Shown: positions 10,204 through 18,790 of the stretch, in pieces
Layout of the letters: each line of letters begins with the position of its first letter
How positions within the stretch are numbered: position 1 is the stretch's first letter
Assembly: GCA_044507735.1 (NCBI GenBank)
Contig: JBIQJB010000003.1
Coordinates: 57,258 to 121,257 of the forward strand
DNA: 64,000 nt
Source of the DNA: Nitrosopumilales archaeon
Lineage (GTDB): Archaea > Thermoproteota > Nitrososphaeria > Nitrososphaerales > Nitrososphaeraceae
Direction: 5' to 3'
Notes under the pieces: generated by a model
Seen by the model: only the letters and a program-made list of their open reading frames with translations
Told to the model about the DNA's origin: nothing
Databases searched by the model: none
Translations under genes and position numbers: made by a program

Positions 10204-10620
10204 CTATTTTGCTGCATCAACCAGCTCTGAAAGGTGCTGCAGGATCCGGATATGGTGCTCCTCATCAACGCTGATGCTCTTTAGCAACTCGGCAGTTTCC
10301 GGGTCGTCCGCCAGCTCGGCACATCGCAAGAGAGTGTCTCTTGAGTTCTGTTCGTCCTTGATCGATTCGGCGATCCCCTTCTTGGTGAGGCTAGCGCTGC
10401 CAGTGGCCCCTTCGATGCCAGCCATTATCTTAGAGATATACTCGATATGGCGCAGTCCGTCTGAGAGCAGAGAGTGCAGGTAGCTTCTGACAAGGTTATT
10501 CTCAACGGTCGTAAGCACTGACATGTAATGCATGAGTTCCTTGACTTCAGCGTCGTGCTGTTCCTTTAGCATCGAGTAGAGCTTTTGTTTCCGTTCCATC
10601 TGTCTGAGCCGCGAATCCAT
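10204..10620 (-). CDS. Ferritin-like/rubrerythrin-like four-helix protein
   Basis: Paired E...DxxxH (DGLRH) and E...DEEHH motifs. Confidence 0.7.
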   Translation of the reverse strand: MDSRLRQMERKQKLYSMLKEQHDAEVKELMHYMSVLTTVENNLVRSYLHSLLSDGLRHIEYISKIMAGIEGATGSASLTKKGIAESIKDEQNSRDTLLRCAELADDPETAELLKSISVDEEHHIRILQHLSELVDAAK

Positions 10621-10713
10621 CCTTGGCTCTAAGATGGAATAGCCTGCAATAAAAAAATGGTGGTCGTGTCTGTTGTACGTTTAAATAACTTCTCCAGCAT
10701 GTTCCTGCTGCAC

Positions 10714-10842
10714 TTGGCGTCGATACAGAGTATCTGTGACTGCCCCTGCCACAAAAAGTATGGCGACAAGTCAATCTGCGGGAAATGCGTCGACCGACAC
10801 AAGACCTCTCCTTACTACCACATCCTCAAGAAATTCGACTAG
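10714..10842 (+). CDS. Small Cys/His-rich putative zinc-binding protein (~42 aa)
   Basis: CDCPCH...CGKC...H; TTTAAATA at ~10680 lies ~27 nt upstream of TTG 10714. Confidence 0.55.
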   Translation: MASIQSICDCPCHKKYGDKSICGKCVDRHKTSPYYHILKKFD

Positions 10843-10886
10843 CTAGCCTCGGCATCATTAAAATATTATCATCTCATATTTGATAT

Positions 10887-12104
10887 GTGAAAGCCTCAAC
10901 CCTCCTGATTATTGCATTGATAGCAGGTGGCGCGGTGGCGGTATTTGCCCTTGTTGCGAGCCAGCCGCAGCCCGACCGTAACATAATAGGTGGCGGAATT
11001 GTTGATGGTGGCGAATCGATTCAAGTTGTCTTTGAAAATGCCACGAATTTGACTGACAATCAACAGGACTCTGTCTATGGCCAGGTCGCGGCTTGGAACA
11101 ACAGCGTGTATGTCATATGGCAGGATTCCGTCAGTGGGAGGAATTACGACATCTTTATCAAGAAAAGCATCGACAATGGCACGACCTTCGGATCGCATAT
11201 CAATCTTAGCAATAACTCTGGCTTCTCTGAACATCCCCAATTGTCAGTGTATGGAAGCAACGTGTATGCAGTGTGGACGGACAACACCCCAGGTAATAGA
11301 GAGATTCTTTTCTCGAGAAGCACAGACAATGGAACCAGCTTTGAACCCATACAGAACCTCAGTAGAGACAGTTCTGACTCGTACAACCAAGAGATAGCTG
11401 CCCATGGAGATAAAGTGTATGTAGTGTGGCTCGACCGGAACATGGAAGATGGCTCGCGCATCCTCTTGAAGTCGAGCATTGATAGAGGGGCGACCTTTGG
11501 AGAAACAGTAGAAATAAGCGACATAGCAGACATTGGTTCTTTTCCCAAGGTCGCAGCATATGGAAACAATAGTGTCTATGTGACTTGGAATGTATTGAAT
11601 AGTGGAAGCGATGATGGACTTTACTTTGTAAAAAGCTCCGATGGCGGGAGGACATTTAGCAACCCCCTCAAGCTTACTGACAGCGCAGGTGAGTCACAGG
11701 TTGCCGCTTACAATGGGACAGTCTTTGTGATATCGGGAGGTCTTGATCCTATAGATATTAGCGGCTTCTACTTCTTCAAGAGCATTGACGGCGGAGAGAC
11801 ATTCGCTGACCCGCTCCTGATTGATGCAAATGGAGTATTTCTAAACCCCACTAACGTCGAAATTGCCCCGGTGAGCAGTGATCTGGCATATGTTGCTGGG
11901 CAGGTCTTTGCAGACGGCAACGAAGAAATCCTTCTTTTGACCGTCGATGGTGACAACGCTACTGGCACGGTAAACCTGAGCAAAAACGCAAAGATATCCG
12001 AGTGTCCGTCGATTGCAATAGCTGGCAATAACATCTATGTCGTATGGGAAGACATGACTCCCGGCAACCATGACATACTATATGCGAGAGGGAGCAAGAC
12101 CTGA
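10887..12104 (+). CDS. Secreted or membrane-anchored BNR/Asp-box beta-propeller (sialidase-like) protein
   Basis: N-terminal hydrophobic segment; five S-x-D-x-G-x-T/S-F Asp boxes. Confidence 0.85.
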   Translation: MKASTLLIIALIAGGAVAVFALVASQPQPDRNIIGGGIVDGGESIQVVFENATNLTDNQQDSVYGQVAAWNNSVYVIWQDSVSGRNYDIFIKKSIDNGTTFGSHINLSNNSGFSEHPQLSVYGSNVYAVWTDNTPGNREILFSRSTDNGTSFEPIQNLSRDSSDSYNQEIAAHGDKVYVVWLDRNMEDGSRILLKSSIDRGATFGETVEISDIADIGSFPKVAAYGNNSVYVTWNVLNSGSDDGLYFVKSSDGGRTFSNPLKLTDSAGESQVAAYNGTVFVISGGLDPIDISGFYFFKSIDGGETFADPLLIDANGVFLNPTNVEIAPVSSDLAYVAGQVFADGNEEILLLTVDGDNATGTVNLSKNAKISECPSIAIAGNNIYVVWEDMTPGNHDILYARGSKT

Positions 12105-12361
12105 AGATTTGAAAAAAGGTGCGGGATTATAGTTTAGCACTCTTATTCACACCTGTACTGCAGCTGCATCATTATAAAAATTTCCTTGAGCATATGCTAT
12201 ACAATAACTGAGAATTATGTTTCGATTTTGACTGGCTTAACAGAATGTAGTTAGCCTATAGGATAATAATACATGTGTAATAGCATTAAGTTAAAATAGA
12301 TTTTGTTGTGGCGAAAAGATAAAAAAGAAAAGTGAATTTTCTTGTACGGGTATTATGGCTG

Positions 12362-12997
12362 CTATCTTATAGTTTGCGCGGCTTGTATTAGCTCTGACAG
12401 CGGAACGTATCCTTGGAACAGGTATGCCGTACTATTATTTACTACCATAGACAGCTCGGCTGGTACTGCTTCTGTTGATCTAGATATTTCTTTGTGATCG
12501 CTGTCCTCTATTACAACTATTCCTGCGTCAGGACCACCCTCTTTGCCCCAAGCAGGATTGTTGTTTATTGTCAGTGTCCTCGGCTGAAGATCAGGCCTTT
12601 TTGCCAAGACAGCAGCGTTTAGCTCTTCGTAATTCTTCACTGGATCGAGTCCTGATGTTTTTGGTTCTATCGTAATATGTATAGTATCTCCATTCCTTGT
12701 GGCGTTGTCTAGATTCTCTTTTACGAATACAGGTTGTTTTGAGTATATCAGGTGTACAGAGCTTGGTTCCGCGAATATGCACGCCAAGTGTCTGTCGCCG
12801 ATGGTTGAGGGCGGCATTGTGTAATTGAATGCTGCTACAGTTCTAGCAAAGTCCGAAGCTAAACATCCTGTCATATCGGGCGTACTGCTTAGCGAGTTTG
12901 AAATTACTATGCCTGCCATTATGGAGATGGCTGCTACCGCGATGCCTACTGGGATTAACACTTTGGAACTTTTGTTCAATTGCATTTCTCTTTTCAT
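12362..12997 (-). CDS. Membrane-anchored hypothetical protein with DUF4367-like C-terminus
   Basis: N-terminal TM helix; ends AYLFQGYVPLSELIQAAQTI. Confidence 0.6.
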   Translation of the reverse strand: MKREMQLNKSSKVLIPVGIAVAAISIMAGIVISNSLSSTPDMTGCLASDFARTVAAFNYTMPPSTIGDRHLACIFAEPSSVHLIYSKQPVFVKENLDNATRNGDTIHITIEPKTSGLDPVKNYEELNAAVLAKRPDLQPRTLTINNNPAWGKEGGPDAGIVVIEDSDHKEISRSTEAVPAELSMVVNNSTAYLFQGYVPLSELIQAAQTIR

Positions 12998-13001
12998 CCT
13001 C

Positions 13002-13841
13002 CTAATCTACCGCATCTGTCGATCCCAATCCAGAACATGAATTGGATTCGCCAGTCGGTGTGGGCGGTCCCATATGTGCAGTGACATCTGTATGCATGTG
13101 TACATAGTATGGCGAGTTTGTCGTGCATAGATTTGTCTGAGTCTGGTATCCCCAGCTATTCCAATTGCTTGTTGTTGTTTCCTTTCCGTATACGTTTTGA
13201 TAGTACTGTGCATTGGTTGAATCACCTAAATAATTGCTACTAGATGTTGTCCATGCCGATATGCGTGGGTGTCCTAAATGAAATTTTGTAAATGTCACAA
13301 AGTCATTGTACAGCGTCGTACCCCCAGTTGTCTTTACAAATCTGGCCCAATCATTCCCTGTTTCATCGTTGGCTGTTCTATATACCAAGAATGACCTTGT
13401 TATTGGTTTTGACGTGCTTGTCTCATCATACGCAAGTGTGTAGACTTTGTAGCTAATGGGTATGTCGTTCATGTAAAACGCATCCCATGTTCTCCAATTT
13501 CCACCTGCATCTTTCATTTTCAACCAGCCTGATCCTACTGCACCTACGTTACTTTCATCTGCGGCATGGTAGTACGATATGTAGCTTTCATATAAGCAAT
13601 GTGCATCGAGATTACTGCAGGTTATGCTGCCCGGATTTAGTACATTTAACCAGCCTTTGACTCCTCCCATTATCTGTCTTCCATCATGTTTCTCCCAATC
13701 AGATCGGTAAGCCAAGGCGGACGGAATGGCACTCGCTCCTACTAAGGAAATAACAAGGGCCATAGCCAAAATAACATCCACTTTTGCGAACCTGGCCGTT
13801 GGTGATGACATGCCAGTACTCTTACTGGATTCACCTGTCAT
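13002..13841 (-). CDS. Secreted hypothetical protein (possibly neprosin-like beta-sandwich)
   Basis: Signal peptide ending ALA; aromatic/Ser/Thr-rich, four Cys; 4 nt from the downstream gene. Confidence 0.6.
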   Translation of the reverse strand: MTGESSKSTGMSSPTARFAKVDVILAMALVISLVGASAIPSALAYRSDWEKHDGRQIMGGVKGWLNVLNPGSITCSNLDAHCLYESYISYYHAADESNVGAVGSGWLKMKDAGGNWRTWDAFYMNDIPISYKVYTLAYDETSTSKPITRSFLVYRTANDETGNDWARFVKTTGGTTLYNDFVTFTKFHLGHPRISAWTTSSSNYLGDSTNAQYYQNVYGKETTTSNWNSWGYQTQTNLCTTNSPYYVHMHTDVTAHMGPPTPTGESNSCSGLGSTDAVD

Positions 13842-14197
13842 TATTATTTAATATAACATGGAACTAGTTAAGGATGTTGGCTATTTATGGATGTCAGTGA
13901 TTGCATATTTCCAGATAGGGAAACTAATCAGAACTAAAAATGAAACGAATTCCGTCCAGCGGTGGGCTTTGTGGAAAAAGCAATAACCCATAAAAATAAA
14001 GTCATGCGTACAAACAGCTATCTGAGCACAATCTATCGACTTTTTAAACAAAGCCTCCAGCGGTGATATTATTATCTTATTTCCATTAAACATTTATCCA
14101 AATGAAAGCCGCTATTTGGGTAAAATCTTAAATATAGTGCATCAAACGTTTCGATACCTGTTCATTAGCAGCACCGCTTTGAGTAACCAGCAAATTT

Positions 14198-14485
14198 ATG
14201 AATATTGAGATTATTAACTCATGCAGGGTTTCTAATATCATCATGGTACGCTTTGCCGAAGACAAGAACTTGGATAGTGCAATGAGACAGTTGTAAGAAT
14301 TCAAGATTTTAGAATATGTAGAAGCTGGCGACAGTTACCAGTCCACGCACGCATTCCGCGAATTTGTAAAGAAGCTCTATGATATATGGTCTGCGGATCC
14401 CGATTCGTTTCCATTCAGAGAAGAAGGAAATAACAGCGTGGACGATTTCTTTCTTTGTTTATCTGATAGAGCAATACGTAGGGCG
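14198..14485 (+). pseudogene. Decayed hypothetical gene interrupted by the IS
   Basis: Frame MVRFAEDKNLDSAMRQL*EFKILEYVEAG... has TAA at 14294 and then stays open up to the IS left end. Confidence 0.4.
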
Positions 14486-14559
14486 TGGTCCGGACCCATC
14501 TAGAATGAGAACACCCGTCAATGGAGACATTTTTACTCCACAAGTAGGAGGTCTGACAT

Positions 14560-14853
14560 ATGCCGGGTGGTAAATGGACAGCCGACGACAAAATACGGAT
14601 AGTGTTGGAATCGCTGACCACAAACATCACCGTAGCCGAGCTCTGCCGCAAGTACAACGTAAACCCAAACCAGTACTACGTCTGGAAGCAGCGCTTCATC
14701 GAAGGAGGCGAGCTGGCACTGACCAGTACAAAACAGGAAAACGTCAACAAGGACCTGGCTGCAGAAAACGAGCGCCTGAAGAAGCTGATTGGCGAGCTGA
14801 CCATAGCCAACGACGCGTTTAAAAAAACGTTAGAGGCAGGGAGGAGAGGCTAG
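14560..14853 (+). CDS. IS3-family transposase OrfA (HTH)
   Basis: KWTADDKIRIVLES...VAELCRKYNV...YYVWK and coiled-coil ENERLKKLIGEL. Confidence 0.9.
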   Translation: MPGGKWTADDKIRIVLESLTTNITVAELCRKYNVNPNQYYVWKQRFIEGGELALTSTKQENVNKDLAAENERLKKLIGELTIANDAFKKTLEAGRRG

Positions 14854-15555
14854 CTGTGGTACAGGAAATGAAGGACAGTGGCCTGAGCCTGAGAAAGGCC
14901 CTTGACTATGCAGGATGCAGCAACAACCTGTACTACTGCCACAAACCAGAACCGCGAGACATTCCATTGGATCAGAAGATACTGGAAAAGACCAAGGAGA
15001 TAGCTGCACAAAGGCCAACCTATGGTACAAGGAGGATGGCTGCCATGCTCAGCCGGGAGCTTGGCATACCTGTTAACAGAAAGCGGGTGCAGAGAATATT
15101 CCGCAGGCTGGGCTATGTTACACCATCCAAGACAAAGCGGGAAATCATACGTGCGAAGGAAAAGCCTGTGAAAGCTACGCGGCCAAACGAGGTCTGGGAG
15201 GTGGACATGACGTACATCTGGTGCGGCATCGATGGCTGGGGCTACCTGTTCAACGCGTTCGACGTGTACACGCGGGAATGGCTGGGCTACTGCTTCGACC
15301 TGTCTGCAGTCAAGGAGAACGCCATAATATATCGGTAGAGAACGCCCTGGTGAGCCATGGCGACGTGGTACCGGAAAGGCTGACCATACGCGCAGACAAC
15401 GGCTCGCAGTACACATCAAATGCATGCAGGCTGAAGCTGCCATAAAAGAAGCGTTCCTTGACTACAACCAGTACAGGATCCACTCTTCACTGGGATACCT
15501 GACACCGTACGAATACGTCGCAAAGTGCAAAACACAGGTGATAAATAGTGCCTGA
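14823..15555 (+). pseudogene. IS3-family transposase OrfB (DDE), frameshifted and deleted
   Basis: YGTRR, WEVDMTY, DNGSQY and YN..RIHSSLGYLTP present; extra TA at ~15330; segment with the catalytic Glu missing at ~15426. Confidence 0.85.
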
Positions 15556-16122
15556 AAGTACCCCTAAAATGATGGAAAAACCGTTCTCAAAGTACGGGGT
15601 CCACTCCAGTTGGGAAGCTTGTGGGAGCTGTTGACAACAACAAAGAAAAAGAGATCAAGGACGTACTTTTGAAATAAGAACCAGCAAATACAAGACAAAA
15701 TAATGTCGTGTGTTTGTGAACGCAAAGGTAGACAATCAACAGAAATGGTAACGCAATGATGAGCAAAAAACGACAGCAGAAAGCAAAGCGAATCTTATCA
15801 TACAACGTAGTTGAGCAAAATGAAAATGTATGATAAGGTAAAAGAAAATTGGACATGAAAATGGATAATGCGGGGAGGATCTCTGGCACCAACAACAATC
15901 GACCTTCTGACATCAAGAGTCCGTGTAATATCTTTGCCATTCTGCCGCATAACTACAGCAAGCGCTGAAAGTGCAAGACCTGTGCTTTTTGGCAGCAATG
16001 TCCTTTTGATTCGATTCAGTGTCCATAACCAAGCTTTGACAGACAGGTCTCAAGGTCGTTGGATCAGTTCTACTTCTGACCCTACGATCATTGAGGGCTA
16101 CGGTCCCTGCGCAGGATGCAAC

Positions 16123-16423
16123 TGGCACCACTAATCCCCAGATATGCCTGGTGCCACTTCTGGTGCCAAATAGTACATCCATATCATCCTGCAAGTTGGC
16201 ACCATGGTGCCATTTTTTGATACCAGAGCTTGGTTCTGGTGCCAAACATGACGCTGGTATCATCCATTTTGGCACCACTGGTGCCACATATTCACGCTCT
16301 GGTGCCAAAAATGATACCACTGGTACCACGCAGACTGCACAGATGTAACTGAAAATGAATCGATTTGTCTAAAGATGGGTTTGGTGCTACTGCACCCCGC
16401 CTGTTCTGGTACCGGTGGTACCA
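16123..16423. repeat. Array of ~16 octamers (TGGTGCCA/TGGCACCA/TGGTACCA/TGATACCA), direct and inverted
   Basis: Copies start at 16123, 16149, 16161, 16197, 16205, 16218, 16237, 16255, 16270, 16279, 16300, 16312, 16321, 16382, 16407 and 16416. Confidence 0.9.
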
Positions 16424-16666
16424 ACGGAGGAAGCAGGCATTGCCTGCAATCAGGTTTCGTTCGGTTGTTTTGTTGATTAATATTTTCAACATTACTAATA
16501 ACAATTAGAATTAATAAACATGTTTGTAAGTAAAAACACAAGAGTCTTGCTAATAAATAGCAAATTTCACACATGAATCATGCCAATAGACAACTCTGGA
16601 ACAGCTGTGATAATCCGCAAACCCGGCGCAACTTTTCTGCCTTAAATTCCTACAGTGCTGTAGTAT

Positions 16667-16909
16667 TTGGAGGTGAATGATGCAACCACAGAGGAAACCG
16701 TAAACGATGGTTCTGGTAGGCAGACAAGAGTCAGAATCAACACAGAAATAGAAGGCGAGCCGGCAAAGATACTGCTTGAGCTGAAGCAGCGAGGCCTTGT
16801 TTCAGACAACACCGATGCCGTCAACCAGGGCCTGCTTGTGCTGTACGATAGAACGTTAAGGCGGGACCTGGCTAGACTTCAGCTGCAGCGGTTGAAAGAT
16901 CTCCAGTAG
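16667..16909 (+). CDS. Small ribbon-helix-helix-like DNA-binding protein
   Basis: Strand RVRINTEI followed by two helices (AKILLELKQRG, NTDAVNQGLLVLY); start uncertain. Confidence 0.55.
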   Translation: MEVNDATTEETVNDGSGRQTRVRINTEIEGEPAKILLELKQRGLVSDNTDAVNQGLLVLYDRTLRRDLARLQLQRLKDLQ

Positions 16910-18644
16910 ATGCAATCTCCCCTTTTTCCTTCCCCTCCCCTTCTTTGTTGTCCCTTGCTGATTCCAGCTCTTCTTCAAACTTGAACACGCTGCTATTGGT
17001 TTTGATTGCCCGGTCCAAGACATCTTTTGCATCTTCTGGTTTCTCCCATACCGCGTCAAGCATCCTTCTGACATCGCGCTCGTCCCTTGTCGCCTTGCAT
17101 ATCTTTTGTACCGTCGCATCTTTTGGCACACCTTTGTCGCGTAGTTTTTCATTGAAATTGGATGCCCTTAGCAGCTGAACATTCAACCTTTCAGCGTACT
17201 GGGCCAGTGTGATTGTACTGTCGCTGTTATCTTTGCTATTGACCGTTGACACCTTTACGTGGATGTCCTCAAACGCTCCGCCGGCAAACACTCCTACAAC
17301 GCCGTTCTTTACCTGCCTTCCCTCCGGAGTGTCGACGCCAAAGTCGGTGCTCCATTTCAGCACGTTGAAAAAGTCATCCAAGTCCCTTCTGCTGACAATT
17401 CCCCACTTGCATTCCAAGACATATGTGACAGGCTTGGCAAACACTGAAGGCGTAACAGTCCATACCCTGTCAACTTCGGCATTCTGCCTCCTGTCGCCCA
17501 CACTTTTAATCAAATGTAGCGTAATTCTCCTTGGATCCATTTTTCTGCTACCATTGCTTTTACTACCGTTCTGCCTATGATTCTGCGTCCGAAATTCAGC
17601 CCCTATGGTGAACTTATCAATGAACCATTCAACACAGGCTTCCCAGTTGTGGCCAATGCGGTTTGCCCTCCCCTTGCTTATCCTGATGTAGTTTTTTGCC
17701 ATCTCCAAAGAAGCGTGTAGGATCTCCACATTCATTGATTCGTGGTAGTAGTATCTGTAGGCGTCAAAGAGCTTGACCTCTTTGATAGATGGGTAGAGCT
17801 GCATGGCTCGAATAATAGCCGATTCGGCTTCTGTGTCTGTAGTTGATTTGAGCATGTCTTTGATCTGGTTTACGCTTGTGATTCTGCCAAGCTCTGTTTC
17901 ACTTACTATCAGGTTCCTTATCGCCAATACACGCTGTACCAAAGGGTTAGTAGATGCATTATCCTTCAGTGCTTCGTTCGTACGCATGACAGCTTGCTTT
18001 AATGCATCAAGGTCATTGCTGCCATCCTGCTGCTCAATCCATGTAATCAAATAGCCTTCCTGAAATGGTGACTGTGAGTCATGCGTCTGGTATCCTCTCA
18101 CATAAAGCAACCCTTTCTTCTCGTACCTCCTTGCAGTTGTCATGATGTCCGGCATCGTAACTCCTTTTTCTTTCAATGCGTTGAAAATTTCAGTGGAATA
18201 GAATGCCCTGTCTGAATTCTCTTTCAGAAAATTCAAGACAAGCTGGGCTTTGCTTTTGCTGCCCCTATTTCCCCTTTTGTCAGAGTATTCAGGGCTGAAT
18301 TGAACGAATGTGTGGCCGTCAAGGAAAATGGGGTTATTGTTTGTAGTTTCTCCACCTGTGTTTTCTTCCCCTTGCCCCATTTGGTCATTGATCATATATA
18401 GGTGAAACATACGCGTATTGCTCTTGAAACCAGCTCTACCCTTGAACTGCTTGCTGTACTCAAACAGTGGCTTGTCTGTCCTTAAAATAGGGTATTTTCT
18501 CCACAGGTTTGATAGCAGATGTGACATGGTCTTTTCGTCAATGCCGGTAGCGTTGATGATGTCCCTAGCAGATTTTGGCTTGCCATCTGCTAGTGCTGTC
18601 AGTACAGCTTTTACACAATATTCTCTGTCATGTACAGCCATCAT
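16872..18644 (-). CDS. Multi-winged-helix protein with C-terminal PD-(D/E)xK (Mrr-like) endonuclease domain
   Basis: Two or three wHTH-like units, then GHNWE...EVD...VLECKW...VSRRDLDDF. Confidence 0.7.
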   Translation of the reverse strand: MMAVHDREYCVKAVLTALADGKPKSARDIINATGIDEKTMSHLLSNLWRKYPILRTDKPLFEYSKQFKGRAGFKSNTRMFHLYMINDQMGQGEENTGGETTNNNPIFLDGHTFVQFSPEYSDKRGNRGSKSKAQLVLNFLKENSDRAFYSTEIFNALKEKGVTMPDIMTTARRYEKKGLLYVRGYQTHDSQSPFQEGYLITWIEQQDGSNDLDALKQAVMRTNEALKDNASTNPLVQRVLAIRNLIVSETELGRITSVNQIKDMLKSTTDTEAESAIIRAMQLYPSIKEVKLFDAYRYYYHESMNVEILHASLEMAKNYIRISKGRANRIGHNWEACVEWFIDKFTIGAEFRTQNHRQNGSKSNGSRKMDPRRITLHLIKSVGDRRQNAEVDRVWTVTPSVFAKPVTYVLECKWGIVSRRDLDDFFNVLKWSTDFGVDTPEGRQVKNGVVGVFAGGAFEDIHVKVSTVNSKDNSDSTITLAQYAERLNVQLLRASNFNEKLRDKGVPKDATVQKICKATRDERDVRRMLDAVWEKPEDAKDVLDRAIKTNSSVFKFEEELESARDNKEGEGKEKGEIASTGDLSTAAAEV

Positions 18645-18790
18645 ATACTACACTCTCCTGCAAATTTAAGACGGAGATATGAGTTCGAACGCCTGTCTGT
18701 ATTGTACAGTGCCGCAAAAAATCGATCTCGGTTATTCTTGCTTGTTTGCCCTAAAAGAGCAAGAATATTGCTCCTTTGGACAAAGTAAGA

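Larger units (their letters stand above)
14486..15608 (+). mobile_element. IS3-family insertion sequence, internally deleted
   Basis: Imperfect TIRs TGGTCCGGACCC...TGAGAAC (from 14486) and GTTCTCA...GGGTCCACTCCA (to 15608), TG...CA ends, orfA/orfB layout. Confidence 0.88.

Noticed and set aside
16123-16423. CRISPR array
   Set aside because: Repeats are only 8 bp, occur in both orientations with irregular 0-53 nt gaps, and no cas genes are present
15587-16574. Overlapping ORFs across the octamer array (e.g. 15913-16329, 16091-16348, 16260-16574)
   Set aside because: Low-complexity translations driven by the repeat; no recognisable domain; at most a decayed gene
18676-18700. GAGTTCGAAC as a tRNA T-loop fragment or att site
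   Set aside because: No flanking stem and no match to the tRNA-Leu sequence
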